A stretch of 64,000 nt of DNA from a virus. The stretch is from positions 7,489-71,488 of the IMG/VR virus record IMGVR_UViG_3300037088_000682; one strand, written 5' to 3'. Each line of letters opens with the position of its first letter. The stretch's first letter is position 1. Positions 31,045 through 41,804 of this stretch are shown here, one piece after another. Below the pieces are notes generated by a model. It was not told where the DNA came from. It saw only the letters and a list, made by a program, of their open reading frames with translations, and did not search any database. The position numbers and the translations under genes are program-made.

Positions 31045-31380
31045 CTAGCCCAACTTCTCGTCTTCAACGCCCATTGGAAGTGCATCTTCCAACTCGTCAG
31101 TCACTTCACAACCTGCTTCCCCATTGGCTACACAGCGTAGAGCTAGAAAGCGACGCTCTAATCTCAGTACTCTTAGACTTTGATGACCAAGAGTGGTGAT
31201 TATTTGAACCTGACTCTCAAATACCTTAGCGACTAGCGTTCGCATATCCCCCAGTGCGGATAGATCTTCTCGAATTCCTCTAATCTCTTCTAAGATCGTC
31301 CCAAGGATTAAGGGAGGATCTTGATTACTAAGTGGATTCAGTCCGGAAGGGTCTGTTTTGTGTTCGTCATGCTCTGACAT
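31045..31380 (-). CDS. hypothetical coiled-coil protein
   Basis: ORF 31045..31407; likely start MSEHDE. Confidence 0.5.
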   Translation of the reverse strand: MSEHDEHKTDPSGLNPLSNQDPPLILGTILEEIRGIREDLSALGDMRTLVAKVFESQVQIITTLGHQSLRVLRLERRFLALRCVANGEAGCEVTDELEDALPMGVEDEKLG

Positions 31381-31608
31381 ACTACATCGGCGAATACCAA
31401 GGCCCAAAGGGGGGCGGTTAGAAGCCGTCTCCTATCTTACTGGAACCAATCGGAAAATTATCGGGGGTGTTAGGCGACACCTAGTTCCCTAAGTTGTTAG
31501 ATCAGACCTATATTCGTAGACTCACCAAAGAGATTTGCCTACGCAGTAATGATGTAATATACTTACTGGTTGGAGCCTAAACAGAATCTAATTTTCGAGG
31601 TGACTCCC

Positions 31609-32247
31609 ATGCCCGACCACGTAACACTTGCAGAGATGGTAGCTACACGCACAGCCGAGCGCATGAGGGAAAACTTCAAAGAAGAGTTAGGGTCCTTCCG
31701 TGATCAATGGTTGCAAGACATGTCTAAGCTGAGAGACGACTTGACCGTCAGAGGTCTACTCAACTCTGAAGCATGTGGGCTAGACTGCCCATTGAAGGAG
31801 ACCCTAGTTGCTATTGCAAAGGGTGCGAAGGTACTGGTTGTTGATGATTACCCTCAAGTACGCAAGGTATTGGCCCGCTTGCTCACTGAGGCTGGCGTAA
31901 TTGCAATTGAAGCAGATAGCGGTAATACAGCAATAGAGTTATTGAAGAGTACCCCTGATATCGATGTTGTAATTGCCGATGTAACGATGCCCAGCAACGG
32001 ATATACATTGCTTGAACATGTTCGTAGCCACTACCCAACCATCGAAGTTGTGATGGTGAGTGGGTATGACGCTGAGGCGGAGCGCGCCCGTGATCTTGGA
32101 GCCTTTGGTTTCTTATCAAAGCCCTTCACGGCTGCGCAAGCTGTGCTTATTATTGAACGTGCAGTAGAAAATCGACGTTTGAAGGCTACAGCTTCTGTTG
32201 TAGTTGCATCCGCCCCTGCACGACCAGATGGTCAAGTAAATAAGTGA
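31609..32247 (+). CDS. response regulator receiver with N-terminal extension
   Basis: VLVVDD, DVVIADVTMP..NG, VSG, FLSKPF; GAGGTG ribosome-binding site before ATG 31609. Confidence 0.85.
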   Translation: MPDHVTLAEMVATRTAERMRENFKEELGSFRDQWLQDMSKLRDDLTVRGLLNSEACGLDCPLKETLVAIAKGAKVLVVDDYPQVRKVLARLLTEAGVIAIEADSGNTAIELLKSTPDIDVVIADVTMPSNGYTLLEHVRSHYPTIEVVMVSGYDAEAERARDLGAFGFLSKPFTAAQAVLIIERAVENRRLKATASVVVASAPARPDGQVNK

Positions 32248-32509
32248 CCAATACAAACACGTGTATCTTGTATGCGTTTGTAAATGAGAGAGCTTTTGAG
32301 TCAAGAGCTAAGGTTTGACAATCACAAGGTAGTGCTAGCACATTTAACTTAATGAATTTACGGTAATAAATTTCTAATATCTCAGTTTGTCTCCTCGGTG
32401 TAGAACCCATTTGAACTGCCTACTGCCCATCCGCTGGTGGACATGGAACGGTTCAGCCTTCCGACGCTCGGAGGGTTCGCTTCGAAACGCTACGCTAAAG
32501 GAGATTGTT

Positions 32510-33493
32510 ATGACTAAAGATCCGTCAATGGGGAGTGAAGCTGCGAGGGCTGCTGCGAACTTCTTTGCCCAACGAACAACTCTGGAACTTTGCAAGAGCT
32601 TCATCGAGTTCATGTATCAAAAAGGGGAGGCTGCTGCGAAGGAAAATAGGAGTGCTGCAGCTGGGGGCCGAGTTCGTAACAACTACATCCTATGGGGGGA
32701 TTGGATGGCTCAATCATTGAGTACCCTCGGGCTACTTATCGAGGAACCTGTCCAGGTTAAACCAGGTGACGTTCTCATACCTCTCGACCCCATTGAGGCG
32801 ATGATTCACCTGGAGAAGCTATCTAGTGCCCCTCCTAAGATCAAGGTACCCACACCCATTATCGAGCCCCCTGCTAATACCCAACCTGAGCCTGAGGTGG
32901 ATCTTACCGCCTTACTAGGTGATGAAGTCGACAAGGCCAATCAAGCACTAGCCGCTGAAAAGGGTTTCTTGATTGCTATGTGCGAGACCGCCGAGAACCT
33001 AAGCGGTAAGTTGATTGAGCGAGGGGCTACCCTTGGTATCTCAGAGTTACGACAAGATCCCTGTGTGATCTGTAGCCACGGAAAGTATGGGGTTCTGGTT
33101 CAATCTTTCACGGTTATGCGGCATGGGACCCACTATAAGTGTGACTTCAAGGCCAATAACCACCCGGTTACTCGATACAACTCCGACATGTTCGTTCAGG
33201 GGGATAGTGAAAAGCTCATTCGATCCAACAGGAATAACTCGAACTACCGAAAGGGCAAGAACGAGTTCTTCGTCAAAGGGATGAACTACAAGGAGGGATC
33301 CATCTACAGCAGTTACGTGATGGTGGACGGTAATGAACGGCCCGATTTGGCTATCTACTACCAGCTCCAAGAGGGACAGGCTGTCAGGGTGGACGAGAAG
33401 CGCAGCCGCGAAGTTGAAACCTTGCTGGCATCCGGAAGAGACCCTGCCTTGTCAATTAAAAGGGACAATTTGCAGCCAAGTAGTGTATTGTAG
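32510..33493 (+). CDS. hypothetical protein
   Basis: AAGGAG ribosome-binding site before ATG 32510; long ORF. Confidence 0.7.
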   Translation: MTKDPSMGSEAARAAANFFAQRTTLELCKSFIEFMYQKGEAAAKENRSAAAGGRVRNNYILWGDWMAQSLSTLGLLIEEPVQVKPGDVLIPLDPIEAMIHLEKLSSAPPKIKVPTPIIEPPANTQPEPEVDLTALLGDEVDKANQALAAEKGFLIAMCETAENLSGKLIERGATLGISELRQDPCVICSHGKYGVLVQSFTVMRHGTHYKCDFKANNHPVTRYNSDMFVQGDSEKLIRSNRNNSNYRKGKNEFFVKGMNYKEGSIYSSYVMVDGNERPDLAIYYQLQEGQAVRVDEKRSREVETLLASGRDPALSIKRDNLQPSSVL

Positions 33494-33497
33494 CTGG

Positions 33498-33782
33498 ATG
33501 GGTATCCCTAAAAAGAAAAGCAGAAAGCTCGAAGTCGATGGGGCTGGGTTCCGGTTCATGATCAAAGATGGGCCCGCAACACAAGACCCACTCGACCGAG
33601 AGATAGTCCTAACCGTCCAAGAGGATTCTGAGACCCCTGGACGGGTTCTCCACGTGGCTTTGCCCTATGGGTACGCTGTTGGCCCCGAGGCAATCCGGAA
33701 GCTCGTACGCCAAGGCCTGAGCGCGGGCTGGGCCCCCACCGAACGAGGAGGGCCCTTCAACCTGGAAAGCTTCGTACTTTGA
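33498..33782 (+). CDS. hypothetical protein
   Basis: AGTGTA-10nt-ATG; MGIPKKKSRKLEVDG. Confidence 0.6.
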   Translation: MGIPKKKSRKLEVDGAGFRFMIKDGPATQDPLDREIVLTVQEDSETPGRVLHVALPYGYAVGPEAIRKLVRQGLSAGWAPTERGGPFNLESFVL

Positions 33783-34438
33783 GTACTAAGTTGTACACAG
33801 CCTACAGGGTACGTAAAAGTGCCAATATGTGGGATATTATCCATGACATTCGATTACAGGCTACCGAGAATGTCAAGAAGGCGCTCCACAAGTTCTACAA
33901 CGCCCACATGCCGGCGGTTCAGACTGATACTGATTTGTTCAAGGAACACTTTAGGATCTGTGAGAATTACGGCCGATCGCAGAGGGTAACTGAGTTACTA
34001 GCTTCAGTTCGAGCGGGATCGGAAGCCATCAAACGTTCCTACGAGATCAACTCAACCAGCTCTCTTAGAAGTGAGTACGACTTTGATGTTTCAGTTGGAT
34101 TCCGCCAATATAACGGGAGAATCTACCTAATACCCTATTGTGATCTGACTATGAATGGGGTCTTGGATTTCCTGAAGAAGGATTCAAGGCTCACTGACTT
34201 CCATTACCAAAACTCGACGGACAAGCCGAAGAGCATCTCAGAAAAGGCCTGGGATAAGCGCCGGGACGTTTGGTACGGGATGAGCAAGGAAGGCCGGTTC
34301 AAAGACGTTCTTCTCCTGTACATCTGCAGGTTCGATATGTATTGGGATCTCGAGCCCTCCCACGAGCTGATCAAAGAAATATTGGAACGGGAACCGGCTA
34401 AAGGTGTAGATACAGAGCCTACCGGGAGCGAGAAATGA
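33779..34438 (+). CDS. hypothetical protein
   Basis: 219-aa ORF coupled to tdk. Confidence 0.65.
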   Translation: MSTKLYTAYRVRKSANMWDIIHDIRLQATENVKKALHKFYNAHMPAVQTDTDLFKEHFRICENYGRSQRVTELLASVRAGSEAIKRSYEINSTSSLRSEYDFDVSVGFRQYNGRIYLIPYCDLTMNGVLDFLKKDSRLTDFHYQNSTDKPKSISEKAWDKRRDVWYGMSKEGRFKDVLLLYICRFDMYWDLEPSHELIKEILEREPAKGVDTEPTGSEK

Positions 34439-34968
34439 AAGTCGGACGTCTGCGAGTGCTAACTGGGCCTATGTTTTCAGATAAAACCGAGAACTTGATA
34501 GCCATGGCCAGGGCCTTCTCTAACGAGGAGCGAGGCATCTACAAACCAGTCACAGATACTCGTCACAAGGACGGTTTCATCGAGTCTCATAAGGGTACCA
34601 CAATCCCAGCTTTGTGGGTAGACTTGAACTTATTAGAGGTAAAGACTGAAGGTGTTCTGCATATATTCGTTGATGAAGCCCAGTTTCTCAATGAGAGCGC
34701 TGTCACGCAGATTCAGAAGTTCTTGCGACAGGGGGTTGACGTAACACTCTCTGGGTTAGACTTGGACTATCGAGGACTCCCCTTTGGAGTGATGCCGATC
34801 CTCTTAGCCTATTCCGATGTGGTTCTGAAGTTGACAGCGAAGTGTGCTGTCTGTGGTGGGAACTCTAATAGAACCCACAGGAAAATTGACTCAGAAGAAC
34901 TAATATTGATTGGCGGCGAAGAGTCTTACGATACAAGATGCATACTCTGCTACTCAGTTGATTCTTGA
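34435..34968 (+). CDS. tdk: thymidine kinase
   Basis: GPMFSDKT, DTR, VDEAQF, GLDLDYRGLPF, C..C, IGGEESY..RC..C. Confidence 0.92.
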   Translation: MKVGRLRVLTGPMFSDKTENLIAMARAFSNEERGIYKPVTDTRHKDGFIESHKGTTIPALWVDLNLLEVKTEGVLHIFVDEAQFLNESAVTQIQKFLRQGVDVTLSGLDLDYRGLPFGVMPILLAYSDVVLKLTAKCAVCGGNSNRTHRKIDSEELILIGGEESYDTRCILCYSVDS

Positions 34969-35214
34969 GTTGGCGGCGGGAACCGAGTAGTCAGTGGGCC
35001 AGGGGTAATACTGTCGCTGGTGATGCGTTCTATTCGAACTTTTAGCTTGCTATCACTCGTCTGTTCTGGCATTTCACGACTGACTACCTCGAGATGAGGG
35101 TTGCACAGCACCACCTCGATGCGACGCCACTTCATTTCGTAGATCAGAAAGTAGTCCGCTGATTGGCCGCAGAGTATACACGTTAGCATCTAGTAACGAA
35201 GAACAAGTAGTAGT

Positions 35215-35550
35215 TTAGGAGTTGTTGATTCGGTCAAACCTAGTGGGAGGCTTCCTACCTTCTACTGGTGCTGGGACTGGTGGAGCTTCTACAACTGGCG
35301 CCTCGTCTTCATCCTCGTCTTCATCTTCATCCTCGTCTTCGGTAGAAACAGCCTGAGCTTCATTGATAATAGTAGGAGACCTAACGAATATCGCACAGAA
35401 ACTTTTCCAGCAGACAGTCAGGTGACTTGAAATCGCAATGATGGTTTGGAATATGCAAATAATGAGAACAATGACAATTACTGTAGTGCAAATAGGGCTT
35501 GCAAAGATCCATTTCCAAACTTGACCCATCACGGGGATAGTATACCCCAA
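35215..35550 (-). CDS. membrane protein with acidic tract, C-terminal tag PTRFDRINNS
   Basis: TM helix; (ED)n run; tag at the terminus. Confidence 0.65.
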   Translation of the reverse strand: MGYTIPVMGQVWKWIFASPICTTVIVIVLIICIFQTIIAISSHLTVCWKSFCAIFVRSPTIINEAQAVSTEDEDEDEDEDEDEAPVVEAPPVPAPVEGRKPPTRFDRINNS

Positions 35551-35594
35551 CTAGAGTACTGGTGTAAGTAGATTTTTGAGTAAGTGGGAACCTG

Positions 35595-37734
35595 ATGAGT
35601 ATGTATAAACTAGAACAAAGAAAAGTCGGTGACCTGATACCGCACCCTCACAACATAACATACTTCGGATACCCTGATCAGGATCCGAGCTTCCCTACCA
35701 TCAGCGAGTCTATCCATAAGAACGGTGTTCGGGAACCACCCATCATCAAGGAAGACGGAACCATCCTCTCGGGCCATATCCGTATCGCCGGATTCATGCT
35801 GTCATTGGCTAAGAATGGCGTAAAGAAGGCCAATATCACAAAGGAACTCATTCAAGTTCAAGTGCACCCAGGATTTGAGAATGAAAAAGAGGAAGTCAAG
35901 TATCTCATTGATGCTAACATCGAGAGAAGGCAGCTTACACTTCAAAAAATAGCTAGTATCTGGGACCTGTTCACTAAGGAGTATGTAAAGCCAAGGTTTG
36001 GTCGCCCAACAAAAGATGAGGTAAGACCTACAACTCCAAAAGAGATGGCTTCTGAATTAGGGATATCTGTCAAGTCAGCAGAGTCTCTACTAATCGTCAA
36101 GAACAGCTTGTTGGTCCCTGACATCGTAAAAGAGAAGGTATTCAGCAAGAAGCTATCCCCACAATTCGTGGCCAAAGCTGTTATCTTTGCAGAGGAAGAG
36201 GCTAAGCGGGAGCAGAGGGAACCAACCCAAGACGACATCCTTCGATACCTTCAGAACCCTCCACCTAAGACGACTTTGGATATCATTCAAGAGGTGTCCA
36301 CAAAGCCTGTTACTAAGAAGCCTGTTGAAAAACCCGCTGCGGTCAAAGAACCTGAACCACCCCCGGTGGTTGTTGAAGCACAACCAGAGCCAAGCTTCGA
36401 AGATGTACTCGTACAACTGGACGAGCCCCCAGATCCACCCGAGGTTGTTGAAGTCAAGGCCGCCGAAACCGAAGTTGTTGAACGACACCAAGGCAGAAGA
36501 GCCCCCTGTTGTTAAACAGGGAGTAATTGATCTCCACACTGAATACCCAATAAGTGCTATCAAAATAGAGCCTAAAAACAAGGATCTATTGGAAAAGCAC
36601 CTTAAAATAGTCCAACCTGTTGCACCCGAAGAGCCTCAAACGTTTGCTGATGTCGCCGATACCTATACGGACACAGCCGGAACCTTTGCTGACACTTCCA
36701 ACACTTTTGAAGTCGAAACCGAAGAGCACTTGGCTGAGGTAGTCAAGATAACTGATGCAAAGGATCGGATCCTCGCCGAGTACATAATGACTGATGCAGG
36801 TAAGGTCAAGTTAGCTACCGCAATAAAGATCGGATTTGATGAGGCTTTAGATATACTACTCGAGAAGTCTATCGAGTACAAACTTGATCACGCCCGCAAA
36901 ACCATCGAGAACCTGCTGGGAGACATCACTCTCAACGATACGATCACTAGGCACCTCCTTGGCCTCCATACACGCTTGGATGCCTTCCTGAAGGCCATTG
37001 AAGCCATCCCCTCTGCGGAGACCATCACCTTACCAGAACCGGCTCCACAAGCCCCTGCACCCTATTACATACCGGAGGATATCACTAGCAAGATTGCTCT
37101 CTGCCAATCCATCTTGAGCGATATCACTGAAGTGGATGACCCGGTACAAGTCCGAGATCTCCTGCTGGATACCATTCAAGAAGCCAAGGGGGCGGTTGAC
37201 CGCCTAACTCAAACTAAACGAACACTCGAGCTGAATGGTCTGTATTGTGTCGATTGTCTCGAGCCCCAGTTCAATACCGTTCATGGTGCTGTCTGCGAGA
37301 ATGGCCACGGAGGTTCCTTAGGAATCACCGAGGCTCTTGCCAAAATTGAAGAGTCCAAGAGGGCTTCTGCTCTAAAACCAGATCCAGAACCCGTTGAGGT
37401 AATCAACCCAGACGAAATTGACATGGGGCCAGAATCGGAAACCGTTCCAGCGACCACTTCCACAACGGAGCTGGATAACGATGAAATAAGCCGACTTCTC
37501 AACGATATTAGCCCAACTACACCTCCGGTAGCCAAGGCTGAACCAGCCCCAAAGCCCAAAAAAGATCCCAAAGCCAAGCCAGTCCCAGTAGTCAAACTAG
37601 AACCTGCTCCCGCACCAGTAGTCAAGGCTGAACCTGAGTCCCCCAAGCCAACTCCAGTGGCAGCGAGTACCGGAACCGGTGATCCAGTCGAGGAACTCCT
37701 CTACGAGTTCATGGACGTACTCAGCGGTGTATAG
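35595..37734 (+). CDS. ParB-like N-terminal domain protein with long Pro/Glu-rich C-terminal region (frameshift near 36483)
   Basis: LIPHPHN...SIHKNGVREP...ILSGH.R...N.ERRQLT plus HTH; composition continues in ORF 36187..37734. Confidence 0.7.
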
Positions 37735-37757
37735 CTACTAGCTCACAATCAGAGAGA

Positions 37758-38975
37758 ATGGCCGCTATCACACGAAACAAGTTCGGGTGGAGGAAGGTTT
37801 TGTCCTTCGCTTCGGACATTCTCCAGAAGATCCCAAGGCGTGGTGATGGCTTATTCACTACAATTATCAAGATTTTAGCGATAGTTGACTCGTACAACGT
37901 TCAAATGAGTAAGGGAAAGTCGACGGCCCTCTTCGACTTCTTCGGAAGCCTTGACCTGGAAGAAGTCACCAATGCTCAGTTTGTCAGCCTATTCTACTCG
38001 ACCGGCTTGAGGAATAACTTCAAGGTTCGGAAGTTTGAGATGGGGGACTACATGGAGATTGTGAAGGCCGAGCATGCCGGGATCGGCACACTCTACTTCG
38101 TTGAGTGGCATTGGGGGAGCCGTCCAGAACCCTCCGCCGATTTCTGGCATACCAAGGGGTTCAACTTTGAAAAGACCCTAGTTGTTCTGTGGAATAGGTT
38201 TCACGGGAGGATCCACCTCGGCCTCACTCAAGACAACAAGAACGGTGAGCTCAAGTCCACCTATTCGGAGATACCAGAACCCACTGACCCATTACTAGGG
38301 AAGACTGCTGTTATCCTTGAATCTTTCAAAGAACAGCACCTCCTATATGTGAAGGACAAGGTACCCAGAACTTACCTGTTCTGTGGGAAACAAGGGATCG
38401 GAAAAACTTGCTTTTGCCTCCGGTTATCCAAGCTCACCGGTGGAAGAACTCTGCGCATTGATGCCTGCGGTATCACCGCGGTTGGAGTCAAGGACTTGGA
38501 CTTTATCATCAATGGGTTGAACCCAAACTTTCTCATCGTTGATGACATAGACCGCGCCCCCGACCTAGAGAAGTCCCTTCCAACCCTGTTTGCCATCCTC
38601 TCAGACTTCAAGTGCAAGCACCCCAACGTCACAGTAGCTCTGACCATCAATGATATTACCAAGCTCGACCCAGCCCTCCTGAGGCCAGGTCGTATTGATG
38701 AGATTATTGAGCTCGAGCCCCCAGATGAGGAAGATCGGGGAGCCATCCTCCAAGGATACTTGACTGAATTCAAGGTTACCCATGAAGTTGACTTGAAGAA
38801 GATTTCTGGGGCTACAGAGGGGCTGACTGCTGCCTATCTTCGAGAGATTGCTCTTCAACTCAGGTATCAGCCGCAGGATATGGTTCTGAAAGTAGTCACT
38901 CGGATGAATGAGTTGGCAAGTGCAAAAGAAGAGAAAAAGGAAGAGACCAAACCCTGTCGCGCTACCCCGGTGTAA
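37758..38975 (+). CDS. AAA+ ATPase
   Basis: Walker A GKQGIGKT; Walker B LIVDDID; SRH TIN...LDPALLRPGRID. Confidence 0.9.
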   Translation: MAAITRNKFGWRKVLSFASDILQKIPRRGDGLFTTIIKILAIVDSYNVQMSKGKSTALFDFFGSLDLEEVTNAQFVSLFYSTGLRNNFKVRKFEMGDYMEIVKAEHAGIGTLYFVEWHWGSRPEPSADFWHTKGFNFEKTLVVLWNRFHGRIHLGLTQDNKNGELKSTYSEIPEPTDPLLGKTAVILESFKEQHLLYVKDKVPRTYLFCGKQGIGKTCFCLRLSKLTGGRTLRIDACGITAVGVKDLDFIINGLNPNFLIVDDIDRAPDLEKSLPTLFAILSDFKCKHPNVTVALTINDITKLDPALLRPGRIDEIIELEPPDEEDRGAILQGYLTEFKVTHEVDLKKISGATEGLTAAYLREIALQLRYQPQDMVLKVVTRMNELASAKEEKKEETKPCRATPV

Positions 38976-38977
38976 TT

Positions 38978-39259
38978 ATGGTCATGACCCCTGAACAGAT
39001 TCGGATTTCTTGCGTGAAGTACGAGCGAATGGTCTCCAACGCCAAGATCACCCCGGAACAGTACCCAACGAATACCAAGCAAAAAGTAGATGTCGTGGAT
39101 TCACTAGCGCACGCTAGGTGGATGTGTGGAGAGATCCTCTCCTTACTCATTCAGGGGAAAGTTGAAAAAGCTGAACGATGGTTGTGCTTTGTCCAAGGGG
39201 TTCTATGGGTGAACGGCATCTGTAGTATCGACGAGATGCGAGACGACAATCGGGGTTAA
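38978..39259 (+). CDS. hypothetical protein
   Basis: H..WM...KA.RWL.FVQG.LW pattern. Confidence 0.65.
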   Translation: MVMTPEQIRISCVKYERMVSNAKITPEQYPTNTKQKVDVVDSLAHARWMCGEILSLLIQGKVEKAERWLCFVQGVLWVNGICSIDEMRDDNRG

Positions 39260-40386
39260 GTAGCAGACACTGTAAATAACTTTCTGCTCTTACCTCTACG
39301 AATTAGGGAAATGTTAGAATGATGCACGTGATATATCTTTGCAAGATGGGTTCCAGGTAAGGGGCTGACTAGTATCTCCTGAACCTCTTGATCTGTAAGT
39401 TTGGTAGCATAGTGGGTTTCACCACGAGGTCTACTTTCAGGGTGCAAACGAGAACCAGAGCGATCCCCACGTGGAACTCGCTCGGGGTGAGTGACAGAAC
39501 TATGTCTACCTTTTCTAGACATGTCCCTCATATTGTCCAACTGAGTCCCCTCAAATAAGTGGTCTGGGTTGGCACAGCTCCTATTATCACACTTGTGGAG
39601 AGCAAACATTCCTGGAAGTAAACACCGTCCTAACTTGGCCTCTAGGACAAGGTTGGTGACATGGCGTACTCTTCTACTAACCCCAATCAACCCATAGCCA
39701 CCATTATTGGAACCGAGACACGTCCAACAAGGGCCTAAGTCAGCGCGTACAATAGGCCCATTGGTGTTCAGGTGCTGAATCAGAACTTCAGTGATTCGCA
39801 ACCCGTGAAACTTAACTGACTGTTCTTTCAATACTTGAAGACCCGGTGCTATCACTAATTGGGGCTCCAGAAGGTGTTTCCAAGTTAGGCCGTTACGGAT
39901 CTTTTGGATGCAACTCTTATTCACCCCAAACTTAGTTGCTAGCCATTGGTAGCTCTCAGAACTAGTACGAATTTCCTGAACCCTATCTACAGTGAGTTTA
40001 GAGTTCGAGTTACCAGATCCACTTCTACTTCGAATCATCTCTTTACAGCATCTACCCTTGGTAACCTTATCTGTCATATTATCACTTGTTGTACCCTCGA
40101 ACAAGTGATTTGGTTCAAGACATGAGGGGTTATCACAACTGTGACATGAGAGCATACCGATCGTAAGCGGCCGTTTCAACTTAGCTTCCAGGATCAGACG
40201 ACTAACTTGATATTGCTTTCTACCGATCATCACCCGATAGCGCTCACCAATATGACTACCGAACTTCTCCAAGCAAGCGCCTAACTCTTGTCGTACAATT
40301 ACATCAATCAAGTTGTGAGTGATCCGATCCGCCAAAGCGCGACCGTGATAAGTCACAATCATATTGTAGGTGTCTTGGATACTCAT
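39256..40386 (-). CDS. HNH homing endonuclease with two tandem HNH+HTH units
   Basis: CHSCDNPSCLEPNHLFEGTTSDNM and LHKCDNRSCANPDHLFEGTQLDNM, each followed by KLT...LA..F/Y.V. Confidence 0.85.
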   Translation of the reverse strand: MSIQDTYNMIVTYHGRALADRITHNLIDVIVRQELGACLEKFGSHIGERYRVMIGRKQYQVSRLILEAKLKRPLTIGMLSCHSCDNPSCLEPNHLFEGTTSDNMTDKVTKGRCCKEMIRSRSGSGNSNSKLTVDRVQEIRTSSESYQWLATKFGVNKSCIQKIRNGLTWKHLLEPQLVIAPGLQVLKEQSVKFHGLRITEVLIQHLNTNGPIVRADLGPCWTCLGSNNGGYGLIGVSRRVRHVTNLVLEAKLGRCLLPGMFALHKCDNRSCANPDHLFEGTQLDNMRDMSRKGRHSSVTHPERVPRGDRSGSRLHPESRPRGETHYATKLTDQEVQEILVSPLPGTHLAKIYHVHHSNISLIRRGKSRKLFTVSAT

Positions 40387-40442
40387 TGACTCTATAGGGG
40401 CTTAGAAAGTACCTAAACCCCTATACCACACTGCTGAATTGA

Positions 40443-41459
40443 CTACAATGCTTCGGTAACAATCACCCAAAAGTCTGAACACAGATTTGTGTTCTTTATG
40501 TAGTCATATGAAGCCCAATAATACCCAGAAAGGGCCCAATCAAAACCCCAGGAGTTTCGCACTAAAAATGCGCCCTTGGAATTCGCCCTGAACGGGTTGA
40601 CCATATTATCATTGTAGCCAACAAGGCACTGCGCATGTCCGCCTTGGAGCTGCTCAGACGAACCAGGAAGGTCTAAGAAGCCCTTGGTGGCCATGTCCTG
40701 AGACATGAAGTAGTCGTAGACCTGGAAGCCGTAGCCAACGAGCAAGCCCGAGGCAATAGAGGCTTTCATTGTCGCTAGGTCACCATCCGTAATCGAGTGA
40801 TAGCTACTAATTTTCTTGGTCGCGGCCGCTGTCCAAAGTGCTGCGGGGGGCTTAACCGTAAACTTGGTGATATCGTATGGCCAGGATGCTTCGTCTGCAC
40901 AACCATACTGAGCCCCAGCTTTGATAGTGTCACGAATAGTTGCCCCACTATCCTCATTGACCGTATTTTCTATTAGTCTAGTAGCGTAATACTCAAACAG
41001 CCTGCTGACTTGGATCAGCTTCGTGGGGGTTGGCGTTGGAGTAGGCGTCGGTGGGGGGGTCGGTGGTGTAGGAGTAGGCGTTGGAGTCGGGGCTGGTGGG
41101 GGTGTAACCGTGGTTAGGTACGAAATAACTCCAGCTGCAGATACTGTAATACCCGATACTGTAACCGTTGCTCCTGCGGCCATCGCCGAGCCAACAATGG
41201 ACTTCTTGGCACCCTTGCTGATCTCATCTGCTTCAACCATCCCGGCGAACATATTAGCTGTGCAAGATCCAAGTTGTCCTTGATCTTCAATCGCACTACA
41301 GCCTGATCTGAGATCAACAGAGGTAGGAGCTGCTGTTAGAAGTCCTTGAGGTAGTTTCACTCGGAATGCTTCATCCCGAGCGTCAAAGGTTTGTTTTCTC
41401 CATCCACCAAGGTGAACTTGGCGAACAGAACCGTCATGGGTATGGTGTGTTCTGAGCAT
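40443..41459 (-). CDS. papain-like cysteine peptidase (C1A) with Pro/Thr-rich insertion
   Basis: VDLR, DQGQLGSCTAN, GGHA, VRNSWG..W..SGY. Confidence 0.88.
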   Translation of the reverse strand: MLRTHHTHDGSVRQVHLGGWRKQTFDARDEAFRVKLPQGLLTAAPTSVDLRSGCSAIEDQGQLGSCTANMFAGMVEADEISKGAKKSIVGSAMAAGATVTVSGITVSAAGVISYLTTVTPPPAPTPTPTPTPPTPPPTPTPTPTPTKLIQVSRLFEYYATRLIENTVNEDSGATIRDTIKAGAQYGCADEASWPYDITKFTVKPPAALWTAAATKKISSYHSITDGDLATMKASIASGLLVGYGFQVYDYFMSQDMATKGFLDLPGSSEQLQGGHAQCLVGYNDNMVNPFRANSKGAFLVRNSWGFDWALSGYYWASYDYIKNTNLCSDFWVIVTEAL

Positions 41460-41558
41460 ACCCTTTAGGGGTCACAAGTGGATTAGTACCTGACTAATCC
41501 TTCATAAAGCTCTAAGGTTAAACTTGCTATTCGATTCAAACTCGAGGATGATGCCCCA

Positions 41559-41804
41559 GTGAATCGCTTTGACCGTATCCTCAGTGAGAGTCACATGCCA
41601 CTTCACTTGAGGTTGGATTGGCAAGCTTGGGGGGACACTAAGTGTGTTGTAGGGGAGCCCGGAGTCAGAGATACACTGCACCCGTGCGAGTTCTTCCAGT
41701 ATGGCCCTGCTACTGGAGATTGTGAATCCGACGGTCACTACATGTGCAAGGAGTGCAAGTGCCTGACACCACTCAAAGCATCTAGTGATCTGGAGTATCT
41801 TTGA
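41559..41804 (+). CDS. small Cys-rich protein with N-terminal NRFDRIL
   Basis: C..DGHYMCKEC; start codon uncertain. Confidence 0.45.
   Translation: MNRFDRILSESHMPLHLRLDWQAWGDTKCVVGEPGVRDTLHPCEFFQYGPATGDCESDGHYMCKECKCLTPLKASSDLEYL

Noticed and set aside
32400-32505. Structured 5' leader of gene 32510 (CCTTCCGA/TCGGAGGG hairpin)
   Set aside because: Short stems only; cannot be assigned to any RNA family without covariation data.
34950-35189. Possible extra tags (VRIERITSD and TTRFPPP here; also DRFEIIL in 2164 and terminal DSRF in 18491)
   Set aside because: Too degenerate or wrongly placed; not counted.
35300-35342. (GAA/GAG-GAC/GAT)n microsatellite-like tract, also at 52370-52463 and the PT repeat near 41020-41105
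   Set aside because: These are low-complexity coding sequences (acidic or Pro/Thr tracts), not independent repeat elements.
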